From: Macrostomum lignano
Taxonomy: Eukaryota
DNA: 64,000 nt
Assembly (NCBI GenBank): GCA_002269645.1
Contig: NIVC01002933.1
Location: forward strand, 65,575-129,574
Direction: 5' to 3'
The notes under the pieces were generated by a model that was given only the letters and a program-made list of their open reading frames with translations, made no database searches and was not told where the DNA came from. Shown here piece after piece: positions 11,834-23,604 of this stretch. The translations under genes were made by a program, and so were the position numbers. Numbering within the stretch: position 1 is the first letter of the stretch; every line of letters starts with the position of its first letter.

Positions 11834-13054
11834 ATGTCCGAGCTGCCTTCGAGTGTCGTGGCTGCCCGGCCGGTCTCCGATCTGCCGGCTCACCTGCAGT
11901 GCAGCAGCTGCTCCAAGCCGCTCTTCAACGCCCGACAGACTCCGCACGGGTGCCGCCTGTGCCAGGCCTGCGTCACCGGCCTGCTGCACGAGGTGGAGAA
12001 GCGGCCCTGTCCCGGACACACCGAGGCCTGTACACTCAGAGACCACCACTCGGAGGAGGACGCTAGCGGCCAGGTCGAGGTCGAGGTGAGCCAGGCTACC
12101 TGCTTTCCCGACATGGCGACGAGACGCGAGGTCGCCAAGCTGCGAGTCCGCTGTCCGAACTGCGACGCCGGCTGCTCTGTCCAACTCGAATGGGCTCGCA
12201 TGGACCAGCATGTGCAACAGAGCTGCGACTGGCACTCACTCCGCTGTGAGCAGTGCAAAGAGCTCATCCTGAAGAAGGACATGCAGCGACACACCAGCAG
12301 CGAGTGTCGCCACAGGAAGGAGACCTGTGACCTGTGCTCTCAGCTGGTCACACACAGCGAAATGGAGACCAGTCACAGGAATCTGCAGTCCGATGTGTGC
12401 TGTCCGAGATTCTCAGCTCGCTGTCCTCACTGCTCGGAGCGGAGCACGCCGATGGACAGGCGGGGATATGTTGCTCACCTGTCGGAGTGTCCCGAGAGAC
12501 CGGTAGAGTGCAAGTACTCTCACCTGGGCTGCAGGGCGATGGTGCGCAGGTCCGATCTGGAGAGGCACTACAGAGAAAGCATGGACTCTCACCTTGAGCT
12601 CATGGACTCGAAACTGAAGCAGGCAGCGATAGCTCAGCAGAGTCCTGGTGAGATTTGCTTTCCAAATCAGTAAATTGGTTAACCAGAAAAAGCTGCTACG
12701 AGCGTATTTTCGGATATTAAAAAAAAATTTATACTTTTAGTATCTGCGGTCCCGCAGTCTTCTGTCGGTGCCGGAGCTCTTGCCGCCACAGCCACCGATG
12801 GACGCGATGTGGTCGACGTGAAGCGGCGAGTCGGCAGCGTCTTCGAGCAGTTCAAGAAGCTGCAGGTCAACGTGGCGAACTGGGCTCACAGCACCATGGA
12901 GCTCGAGCAGCTGGCTGACAGGTTCGGAGGCGTCTCGCAGCTGCGGACTCTGCTGAGCGGACTGGACGAGCGGACGAGGAGCGTCGAGCAGCTGCAGCAG
13001 CAGGTGCAGGAGCTCCAGCAGCAGGTGCAGCAGCTGCAGCGACATCGAGCCTGA
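11834..13054 (+). CDS. TRAF-like copy 3, intact: RING + TRAF zinc fingers + coiled coil, no MATH domain
   Basis: Exon 11834-12647 (donor GTGAG, phase 1) and exon 12741-13054 (TTTTAG acceptor) join in frame. CSSC...HGCRLCQAC...CP RING, CPNC...H...C and CEQC...H...C fingers, QQQVQQL heptads, ends HRA-stop. Confidence 0.9.
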
Positions 13055-13686
13055 TGAATAAAACTAATACGCTCGTATTTTACTGTGTATGACTCAGTTC
13101 CTTGTTCAGTCCCTGGATTCACTTCCTAGAACCGCTGCAATGTGGAATGACGAAGTATATCCCATTGCTAAATTGTTCACTAGAAAATTCATGCTTTATG
13201 CTTCATATATGATTTTCATATCCAGAATCAGTTCGTACGCTCAAATGACGACCAAAGGAGAGCTGCCAGTCTTTGCGCAAAGTTCGGCTGTTTTGGCTGA
13301 CTAAATTAATTTTTTGTTCGGAACACATCCGGAGGTCAGTCCAATTGCTAGTAGAACAAATACACGAACACGGAACTAAATGACTAGCACGGACCCATCA
13401 GCGTGTGAGCGAGGCTATATTTAGAAAATGGACTGGACCTCTTTGTGAGACCAAATTGTCGATCGTGCAACTATTTAATAGGACATGCCACACACACAAA
13501 CACAAGTAAAAAAGATCAAACGGTCCAATGGGGGCCACCAACACTCAAAACTACACAGACGAAATAGGAAAAGGAACGATTATTGTCTGTTTTTATTCAT
13601 AAATCTGGAAACTGTGAACTTGGCTGGGTGGAATGCTCCGTAGTGCCTGTCAGGAAAATTTGTAGAGGACCAGGTAACTGATTAAA

Positions 13687-13863
13687 TGATTACCTGCTGA
13701 ATTGATTACCTGCTGAATTGATTACCTGCTGAATTGACTACCTGCTGAATTGATTACCTGCTGAATTGATTACCTGCTGAATTGACTACCTGCTGAATTG
13801 ATTACCTGCTGAATTGATTACCTGCTGAATTGATTACCTGCTGAATTGATTACCTGCTGAATT
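13687..13863. repeat. 16-bp tandem repeat TTGATTACCTGCTGAA
   Basis: About 11 units read directly. Confidence 0.92.
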
Positions 13864-14619
13864 TGAGCACTCCATCTCTTCCTTCGCTTCCTGGATCGCG
13901 AATTCGTCCAGCTAGACCGGCTGCGCAATCCCGAGAGGGTTGAATCAGTGCAACATCTGCGTATTCGATCGATGCTTCCACGTTTGCTTCCCTTTATTTC
14001 GCGGCAGACGAGCAGTCGATGATCGGACTACAGGTAATGCGCGGAATTCGACAACCCGATGTCCAGTTCCGAGACAAGGACTACTTAAGTAGATCTTCTT
14101 AAGTAGATGTAACGTCATCTTCCAGTGGTCCTTGTCACGAAAATGCGCCAGCGCATGCAATGCTCGAGCTGTGCTTGCCTTCAGGTTGCATTCTGTCCCA
14201 AATCGCAGAGGTCGAATGCAAGACCGCTCGATGACTTGTGACACCATGTCCTGCTTCTCTTGAGAATTAGCGTTCATATAGAACCATGCTCTAAGATGTC
14301 TTGAGTCAAATCAGAGCCGCTTCAAATCAAACCCCACTGAAACAATGAGCAATGAGCAATGATGCAACCGAGCCAAGGGATTTTTTGCACTTCACTGGGA
14401 GCCGAAATGCTGTCGAAAGACAAACTCATCCGAATACACTTCAGAAACAGTTGGTTTAATTCACTACCCTTTGCATCCCAACGTAAAGCAGAGCGGTCAA
14501 TCAAAGCACTAAGTGTCGTTGGAGACTTTAATCTTTTATGTGAACAATAAAATGTGACCTTACTTGTACCTTATTTTTAGATAAAATTTAGTATATGGGA
14601 TATTTTTAGGGGCCGCACT

Positions 14620-14990
14620 CCCGTGGTCTAGCGCGACGTTCTGATGTGCTCGAAGACACAGGCTCGATTTCAAGTGCAGTCACAGTATTTCGGGGCTGAA
14701 TTGGAAATTGGAATCTTGGTTTGCATCTGCTGGTGCAATAAACGACCTTGAGGGCCAACCCCCAAGGCACAGTGAAGTAACATTCATAAAGTTGGGCCGC
14801 TGTACACTCCTGTGTGAATGCATGCCTGTGCGCATGACTGCAAACGTATCCGCGCGCTTGTGTGCCTTCTCAAGAGAGTCGACGGAATGGACAGTAGTGC
14901 CTCTCGCCGGTTGTGTGACAATGTCGCTTAAGATGCGCCAGGGTGCACACAGCCCCCTGCCTCTAACAAAAAATTTTTTTCAGAGCAAAT
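14620..14990 (+). mobile_element. tRNA-derived SINE-like repeat, family also at 29140-29360 (+) and 32890-33200 (-)
   Basis: A-box-like TGGTCTAGCG and B-box-like GGCTCGATTTC. Body motifs CCTTGA.GGCCAACCCCCAAGGCACAGTGAAGT, CTCCTGTG and CGGAATGG.CAGTA.TGCCTCT are shared with the other copies. A-rich end. Confidence 0.6.
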
Positions 14991-15704
14991 CTTAATAAAA
15001 TGAATTGAAATGAGGCTTGCACCGCAAAAGTGCCGAACACATCACTGCGTTCTCTTTAAGCAGTCTTTCATAGCACGTTTGTGTATAATTATAATGTTTT
15101 GTATATTTTGTATTTTGTAATACGAGCTATTTTGTATTTTGTCCAAGCCCATCCCACTCCTTGGTTCGGTAGCTCCCCCTCTCTCTGTTAACTTTTTGTA
15201 AGCGAGCTGCGCTTCCAGACTTTGCCTAAGCCAGGTTTTGAATTAACCATGTTTTGCTGGGCGTCTGCAAATTTGCGTTTCTGCTGTGGTGGAACGGCTG
15301 TTCGTGTTATCCGAAACGTCAACAGACTTTTTAACCGAGTCCTGCTCAGCACAGCTCAACTCATTCCTCGTCAACTTTCCTCTACGCTTGTACCGACCTG
15401 CCTGTGGTTTGTGTCGCTTGCAACGCTTGGCTGGGATTCTCTCCGTTGCATTGCGTATTTTTCGGGATCTGCTTCAGCCTGCAGTCTTGCTATAAAAAAA
15501 GCTGCTTTCAATTCAAAAAGTTCGGCAAGCGGAACTTCCCATTCTGCTCGACACGCGGCTTCTACAGTTTGGAATGGGGAAGTCAACAGATCGGCGTTGG
15601 GATCAGAATGCCTGCTGAGTTAAAAAAAGCAGCTGCAGTTGCGAAATCATATCTGATTTACGACAGGATGACGGTTTAGCTTGATGTCAAAATACTCCTT
15701 GCAT

Positions 15705-17217
15705 AGCAGAGAGACAGCAGAGAGACGGCAGAGAGACAGCAGAGAGACAGCAGAGAGAAAGCAGAGAGACGGCAGAGAGACAGCAGAGAGACAGCAGAGA
15801 GACAGCAGAGAGACAACAGAGAGACATCAGAGAGACAGCAGAGAGACAGCAGAGAGACAGCAGAGAGACAGCAGAGAGACAGCAGAGAGACAGCAGAGAG
15901 ACAACAGAGAGACAACAGAGAGACAGCAGACACAGCAGAGAGAGAGCAGAGAGACAGCAGACACAGCAGAGAGAGAGCAGAGAGACAGCAGACACAGCAG
16001 AGAGACAGCAGAGTGACAGCAGAGAGACAGCAGAGAGACAGCAGAGAGACAGCAGAGAGACAACAGAGAGAGAGAGCAGAGAGAAAGCAGACACAGCAGA
16101 GAGACAGCAGAGTGACAGCAGAGAGACAGCAGAGAGACAGCAGTGAGACAGCAGAGAGACAACAGAGAGACAGCAGAGAGACAGCAGAGAGACACCAGAG
16201 AGACAGCAGAGAGACAGCAGAGAGACAGCAGAGAGAAACCAGAGAGACAGCAGAGAGACAGCAGAGAGACAACAAAGAGACAGCAGAGAGACAACAGAGA
16301 GAAACCAGAGAGACAGCAGAGAGACAGCAGACACAGCAGAGAGAGAGCAGAGAGACAGCAGAGAGACAACAAAGAGACAACAGAGAGACAGCAGAGAGAC
16401 AGCAGAGAGACACCAGAGAGACAGCAGAGAGACAGCAGAGAGACAGCAGAGAGAAACCAGAGAGACAGCAGAGAGACAGCAGAGAGACAACAAAGAGACA
16501 GCAGAGAGACAACAGAGAGAAACCAGAGAGACAGCAGAGAGACAGCAGACACAGCAGAGAGAGAGCAGAGAGACAGCAGAGAGACAACAAAGAGACAACA
16601 GAGAGACAGCAGAGAGACAGCAGAGAGACACCAGAGAGACAGCAGAGAGACAACAGAGAGACAGCAGAGAGACAGCAGACACAGCAGAGAGACAGCAGAG
16701 TGACAGCAGAGAGACAGCAGAGAGACAGCAGAGAGACAGCAGAGAGACAACAGAGAGAGAGAGCAGAGAGAAAGCAGACACAGCAGAGAGAGAGCAGAGA
16801 GACAGCAGACACAGCAGAGAGACAGCAGAGAGACAGTAGAGAGACAGCAGAGAGACACCAGAGAGACAGCAGAGAGACAGCAGAGAGACAGCACAGAGAC
16901 ACCAGAGACAGCAGAGAGACAGCAGAGAGACAGCAGAGAGACAGTAGAGAGACAGCAGAGAGACACCAGAGAGACAGCAGAGAGACAGCAGAGAGACAGC
17001 ACAGAGACACCAGAGAGACACCAGAGAGACAGCAGAGAGACAGTAGAGAGACAGCAGAGAGACAGCACAGAGACACCAGAGAGACAGCAGAGAGACAGCA
17101 GAGAGACAGCAGAGAGACAACAGAGAGACAGCAGAGAGACAGCAGAGAGACAGCAGAGAGACAGCAGAGAGACAGCAGAGTGACAGCAGAGAGACAGCAG
17201 AGTGACAGCAGAGAGAC
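15705..17217. repeat. Purine-rich about 11-bp minisatellite (GACAGCAGAGA variants)
   Basis: Read directly. It produces the spurious SLLSLCCL and RQQRDSRE ORFs. Confidence 0.95.
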
Positions 17218-17423
17218 GGTGGATCCGCCTATCGAAAAGCCGCCGCCACGCAGCTCAAGCGCAGACGTGGAAGACAGCCAATGAGAAATTGCCAAGCCAT
17301 AAAGATAAACTGCTCACTGTCTCCACGCAACGGAAGATGAACAGCGGAAGAGGAAATTTCCACTGCCTCGCCTAAATGAGCGGCAGCCTGAGATTTGCCG
17401 AGGAATTTCTTCGAGCTCTGAAA

Positions 17424-18956
17424 ATGTTATTCGGAATCATGTCACTTCTCTGTTGCACCGCCCTCGGTAAGTGCAACGCCGAATGTCAATTCTAAGCCCG
17501 TAATAGTCGCAGTTTCAACTCGCATTTCAAACCGATGGCTTGACTGACCTACCTCATGATATGAGAGACTAAAGCTCAATACTTTCGACTCAAACTGAAA
17601 TTTCACAGGCTTGCAGCCAGACATTTCCAGCCGCTTCTTCGCCTTGGACCCCGGACCCGTCCGGATCGGCAACGCCTCCAGCAGCGAACTCGTCAACCTG
17701 ACCGGCGTCAAGTCGCGGCTGCTGTGTCTGGCAGCGTGCCAGCGGAACGGCTGCCTGCTGGCTTCGCTCATCCCCAGCTCGAGCGTCTGCCAGCTGCTGC
17801 TGCTGAACAACGCGTCTCAGGCGCCGGGACCGGCCGGGACTCACGTGCAGAGACTCGTGGGCTCCGAGCCCGGCGCCAGGCTGTGGACGGCCGAGAACTT
17901 CACGGAGCTGATGAGGAAGAGGATGCTGAATGTCACCATTGAGCTGAGAAGTGAGTCACTCCACCTCATGGCTAGATGTCACTGCGATCTAAACACTCAT
18001 GCTGTGCTTTGAGAGTCCAAATGGCGCCCTCTCTCACTGCAGACAGCGGCACGGGCAGGGCCGGCTCCATCCAGTCCGTGACGATCCCCTCGACCGGCTG
18101 CTACCGGATCGAAGTGTCGGGCGCCAGAGGCGGCACCAACTCCTTCTCAGGCAAGGCTGGCGGCAGCGGCGCCTTCGTGTCCGGCGCCTTCAACCTGACA
18201 GCCGGCACCCAGCTGAGCGTCGTGGTCGGACAGGCCGGCGGTCCGCCCAGCTCGAACTACAAGGGAGGCGGTGGAGGCGGCGGCAGCTTCGTGTACAGAA
18301 CGGCAGACGAGCTGCTGCTGGCTGCGGCCGGAGGCGGCGGTGCTGGCACCTACAGCTCAGCTGGTGAGTCATTCTAGCAACTCAAACAGTGACCGAACGT
18401 GAGCATCATCATTGCCGCTTGAGTAGTGCAGAGCAAATTTTGATTTGTTTCAGGCCTGCCGGGCGAAGCCGGCCCGAATGGAACAGATGACACAGCGCCA
18501 AGCACGAGCCCCAAGAGCTACGGAGGCAGCAACGGACAGCCGGGCTTCAACAACCCGAGCGCCATGCCCACCAGCCACAACCACGGCGGCTGCGGCGCCG
18601 GCTGGCTGGGGAAGCCAGTGAACGCCAGGCGGGGGCCGAGCGATGGCGACGGAGGAGGCAGTCGGGCTGAAGGCTGGGTCGGCGGCGACGCCGGCGGCTC
18701 CAACACCGGCGACGGTGGGTTCGGCGGCGGCGGAGGCGGCGGCACGACGAACCCCAACTGGGGCGCTGCCGGGGCCGGCAGCGGCTTCAGCGGAGGCGGG
18801 GCCGGGTTCTACACCAGCCAGTCTGGAGGCGGCGGCGGTTCCTTCTGCTCCGGCAGCGGCTGCAGCGGCACCACGGGCGGCAACGCCGATCAGCACGGCC
18901 TGGTGTTCATCCGGCTGGTCCTGCCGCTGGGCGACTTCTGCGAGCACCTGACGTGA
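17424..18956 (+). CDS. Secreted protein: signal peptide + PAN/apple-like Cys domain + ALK/LTK-type glycine-rich domain, no TM or kinase
   Basis: Four phase-consistent exons 17424-17466, 17609-17950, 18043-18363 and 18454-18956. N-terminus MLFGIMSLLCCTALG; CLAACQRNGC...C; motif GSIQSVTIPSTGCYRIEVSGARGG...GGSGAFVSGAFNL...LSVVVGQAG...GGGGGGSFV...LLAAAGGGGA...GGFGGGGGG...GGGGGSF. Confidence 0.85.
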
Positions 18957-19426
18957 GGTGAGAAGGAATCTTCGCATCCTGCCCAAGATGCGTTATCGGG
19001 CCGTCCTACGCCCCTGACGAAGTTAATAAGAGCAGTTTAAAAGCTGTTTTAATCGAACCTTGGATTGCTGATTGCCGAAATAGTGCTTTTTTCAAGCAGC
19101 TTTTTGAAGAAATAAAATCTTCGGTGCAAATTAGATTTGAGAAGCTCGGTTTTGTTTTTATTATTTTCTGCCTTTTCTTTCTCAAGGTCTTCCCACTGCA
19201 TACTTCAGTTCTCGTTACTTTTCCTCTACTGAGCGACTTGCTTCCAGCTTTCAGAATTCAAAGCTGGGTGGCCGAGCGACTCCCGCTCCAAGGATCAAGG
19301 ATTCGGCCGCGCATTCATTCATGTACTTTCGATTTAGATAGCCTGTTGTAAATCTCTATGCAGACAAAGAGGTGTCCCGGTTTATTTTTGGAGTTCCAAT
19401 GGGAGTCCCAAAGCCCCTGAATTGTA

Positions 19427-19769
19427 AGAGGCAGAGGGAAGGCAGAGAGAAGGCAGAGGGAAGGCAGAGTGAAGGCAGAGTGAAAGCAGAGTGAAAGCAG
19501 AGGGAAGGCGGAGGGAAGGCAGAGTGGAGGCAGAGGGAAGGCAGAGTGAAGGCAGATGGAAGGCAGAGGGATGGCAGAGGGATGGCAGAGGGAAGGCAGA
19601 GGGAAGTCAGAGTGAAAGCAGAGGGAGGCAGAGGGAAGGCAGAGTGAAAGCAGAGGGAAGGCAGAGGGAAGGCAGAGGGAAGGCACAGGGAAGTCAGAGG
19701 GAAGGCAGAGGGAAGTCAGAGGGAAGGCAGAGTGAAAGCAGAGGGAGGCAGAGGGAAGGCAGAGGGAAG
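19427..19769. repeat. 11-bp purine minisatellite GAAGGCAGAGG
   Basis: Read directly. Confidence 0.92.
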
Positions 19770-20245
19770 GCGGATTCGCCTATCGGCAGGTTTAGGTATT
19801 GATACACCTCGCATTGACAGGGGGCCTAAGGGATTGTGACAAAAATAATGGCGCCCCCTCACAGTAATTTCAGCGCCCCTTCACAACAGGCCCCTGATAT
19901 GCATGCGAGTTCCAGAAGGGCGCTTTCCCAAAACAGAAATTCGATATACGAGCGTACGACAATATTTTATCCAGCATTACGAAACAAAACTAGAAAAATT
20001 CGTTAATTGGAAGCTGTTTATTTTGCCGGAGCGTCATTTCGCCGGCAAGAGCGGAGCGGTTTGTACAGAGTACATGAGTAAACCATATACATATACTAAT
20101 AGATCATTCGGTAGTCAGGTTATATGCACGAGGCCAAGGCCAAGCCTAAAAAGGTGATGGGTAAAAAGCCGCATCACCCCACAAGGACCAGTCTCGTAAA
20201 ATCGAAAAAAACGGAAAATCCTTGAAAATAAATTTCCATAAAGCA

Positions 20246-22718
20246 TCAAAATGCAGTCTGATGAAATGCGTTCGCAGCAAGCCAAGGAAGCTCCAGAGAG
20301 AAGGCGTTCCCGCCAGCATCCCCGACAAGCAGCAGAGGCCGGTCGGTGGCTGTGAGGTGCAGCCCCAGGGTGGTCACCTCGTGGCCGTGCTCGAAGTGAG
20401 CAACCTGAGTGGCAGGGGCGGGTTAGAAATTGGCGAGAAGTTTGATTAGAAGCGAAACGAAAAATGACTGCACGATGCCTGACCTCAGCCAGCTGATTGA
20501 CCCCGCTCTGCATGCGCCAAACGCTGACTTTCCCTTGAGCAGAGGCCGTGGCCAGGAGCGGCAGGGCGCCCGTGAGGTCGCTCGTCAGCAGGCTGATGGC
20601 TCGTATCGGCCGGGTGTGGCACTGCGGAAAGGGAGACAAATCGCAGGGAGATCGGGGTGAGTTCGGTGTGAGATCAGGGTGAAACCGGGGTGAGATCGGG
20701 GTGAGATCGAGGTGAGATCGGTGTGAGATCGGGATGAAATCGGGGTGAGATCGGGGTGAGATCGTGATGAGATCGGGGTGAGATCGGGGTGAGATCGGGG
20801 TGAGATCGGGGTGAGATCGGGATGAGATCGGGGTGAGATCGGGGTGAGTTCGGTGTGAGATCAGGGTGAAACCGGGGTGAGATCGGGGTGAGATCGAGGT
20901 GAGATCAGTGTGAGATCGGGATGAAATCGGGGTGAGATCGTGATGAAATCGGGATGAGATCGGGGTGAGATCGGGGTGAGATCGGGGTGAGATCGGGGTG
21001 AGATCGGGGTGAGATCGGGGTGAGATCGGGGTGAGATCAGGGTGAGATCGGTGTGAGATCGGGGTGAGATCAAGGTGAAACCGGGGTGAGATCGGGGTGA
21101 GATCGGGGTGAGATCGGGGTGAGATCGGGATGAGATCGGGGTGAGACCGGGGTGAGATCGGGGTGAGATCGGGGTGAGATCGGGGTGAGACCGGGGTGAG
21201 ATCGGGGTGAGACCGGGGTGAGATCGGGGTGAGATCGGGTGAAACCGGGGTGAGATCGGGGTGAAACCGGGGTGAGATCGGGGTGAGATCGAGGTGAGAT
21301 CGGTGTGAGATCGGGATGAAATCGGGGTGAGATCGGGGTGAGATCGTGATGAGATCGGGGTGAGATCGGGGTGAGATCGGTGTGAGATAGGATGAGATCG
21401 AGGTGAGATCGTGGTGAGATCGGGGTGAGATCTGGGTGAGATCGGGGTGAGATCTTGTGGAGGTTCTGGGTGAATTTGGTGAGAAATGGAAAACATCCTC
21501 AGTTTCAGAATTGAACTTCAGCCTGCAGCAACTTGAAACAATAATTTTAGGTTAGAAATTCAGACATCAGATATTAAAAAGAAACGATTCACCATAAAAC
21601 CCGTCAAGACGGGATGAATTTTGGCATCGGAGCCGAGTTTAACGATGGAGATCCGATTGCGACTTTGACACCGAAACGCCACAATGGCAACTCCGGGACC
21701 GCAGCCTGCAGCGCACGCCTGAATCACTGGAGAAGCATCCGCCGCCATCTCGTCGAAGCACTGGAAGGTTCGCCAGCCGCTGACAGCCATCCTGCCGTCC
21801 TGAGCCGTGTGCAGCTGAGCGGAGCGGAGCACAGGGCTACTGAGCTGGCGGGCCAGCAGCCACCCGGGCTCCAGAATCCGCAAAAACATCGGCGGGCCAG
21901 CCAGAGGGTCGAAACCGGTGAGCCCAACCAGCGGCTGAAGACCTCCTTCGGCTGGCACCAGTGCGAGGCTTCTATCGGTGAGAGCGACAATGGCCTGAGC
22001 AGATTCGGGAACTGCGCACATGACCGCCACAGGTGAGTTGCTTTGAAGCAGCTCCGCCTCTCCAGTGCTCAAAAGGTGCTCCAGCTCAGCATCAGTGTCG
22101 CACAGATACCCCTCCGGGCACCGGAGTCGCACGAGTCCATTCAGATTCTCCCAGCCGGCCAACAGAATGTCAGATGCCGGAGACACCAGACAGATGATTG
22201 GACCCCAACTCGCAGGGGCCCGGACTCGACTCTGGAGACGCATTGAGTCGAGGTGCCACAGCACCGCGATTCCGTCCGCGCCTCCCGAAACAAAAATCTG
22301 ATGCCCGTCTAGAGAGCAGGCAGACGTGACTCGGCCAGCATGACCCCGACTGAAAACCAGCTCGGACAGCAGCTGATTAGGCCCGCTCAGTATTCGGACA
22401 GGCGAGTCGGCAGCAATGGGGTTGCAAATTGGCTAAAAATGTGGAATGAGTTTAGTGACAGGACTTTCGACTAAGTGAATAAAGGTGCGAATGAATATAC
22501 GCAAAGTCGCTCACATTCTGCAACTGCAGAGCTCCACCCAACGAATACGGCCTGTGAAGGAACGATGAAGAGCTCATCGGCGATTCTAGCGGATCTTGGC
22601 CGGGGTCTCGGGGCACCGAGGTCAGTTGTGCGTCGTGTCGGCTTCGGTCGCCAACAGGAACGTCCATGGCCTGCCGTCGGCCACTGAAAACAGCTGACCA
22701 GTGATGAAGAGCAAACTG
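20246..22718 (-). CDS. WD40-repeat module B, four open phase-0 exons, no start exon other than TRAF copy 4
   Basis: Exons 22718-22515, 22432-21593, 20621-20484 and 20404-20246 all have AG/GT ends and join without stops. Motifs GHAGRVTSA...FVSGGADGIAVLW, CHTRPIRAI...LATASAQGKVSVW and LLVGDAGGNAFSL. Confidence 0.82.
20648..21455. repeat. 11-bp intronic minisatellite GAGATCGGGGT
   Basis: Read directly. It lies in the intron between WD40-B exons 2 and 3. Confidence 0.95.
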
Positions 22719-22793
22719 CTAGCATGCTGAGTAGCAGTACATAAAATTTGTCTCAATAATAGAATCCATTGACCCTACACCATACTGACATAC

Positions 22794-23604
22794 CAGAATT
22801 CGAATGAGCTATCGCTGCTTTGAGTTTCGAGTCCATGAGCTCAAGGTGAGAGTCCATGCTTTCCCTGTAGTGCCTCTCCAGATCGGACCTGCGCACCATC
22901 GCCCTGCAGCCCAGGTGAGAGTACTTGCACTCTACCGGTCTCTCGGGACACTCCGACAGGTGAGCAACATATCCCCGCCTGTCCATCGGTGTGCTCCGCT
23001 CCGAGCAGTGAGGACAGCGAGCTGAGAATCTCGGACAGCACACATCGGACTGCAGATTCCTGTGACTGGTCTCCATCTCGCTGTGTGTGACCAGCTGAGA
23101 GCACAGGTCGCAGGTCTCCTTCCTGTGGCGACACTCGCTGCTGGTGTGTCGCTGCATGTCCTTCTTCAGGATGAGCTCTTTGCACTGCTCACAGCGGAGT
23201 GAGTGCCAGTCGCAGCTCTGTTGCACATGCTGGTCCATGCGAGCCCATTCGAGTTGGACAGAGCAGCCGGCGTCGCAGTTCGGACAGCGGACTCGCAGCT
23301 TGGCGACCTCGCGTCTCGTCGCCATGTCGGGAAAGCAGGTAGCCCAGCTCACCTCGACCTCGCCGCCGCCGCCGCCGTCCTCCTCCGAGTGGTGGTCTCT
23401 GAGTGTGCAGGCCTCGGTGTGTCCGGGACAGGGCCGCTTCTCCACCTCGTGCAGCAGGCCGGTGACGCAGGCCTGGCACAGGCGGCACCCATGCGGAGTC
23501 TGTCGGGCGTTGAAGAGCGGCTTGGAGCAGCTGCTGCACTGCAGGTGAGCCGACAGATCGGAGACCGGCCGGGCGGCCGACACAGTCGAGGGCAGCTCGG
23601 ACAT
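22794..23604 (-). CDS. TRAF-like copy 4 first exon (RING + zinc fingers), directly upstream of WD40 module B
   Basis: ATG at 23604. Open to the phase-1 donor CTG|GTATGT at 22794/22793. No coiled-coil exon follows. Confidence 0.88.

Noticed and set aside
11834-13054. Assigning TRAF2/3/6 gene symbols
   Set aside because: No MATH domain, an atypical RING and a lineage-specific expansion, so orthology cannot be supported.
13945-14330. 110-aa minus-strand ORF, possible transposon relic
   Set aside because: No motif I can identify with confidence.
15676-17295. Long ORFs of 400-540 aa (SLLSLCCL.. / RQQRDSRE..)
   Set aside because: Translations of an 11-bp minisatellite that lacks stops on both strands.
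18450-18986. Antisense Ala/Pro-rich ORFs
   Set aside because: Reverse complement of Gly codons in the real gene.
20861-21496. 211-aa SPRSHPDLT repeat ORF
   Set aside because: Intronic minisatellite. The flanking WD40 exons join in phase without it.
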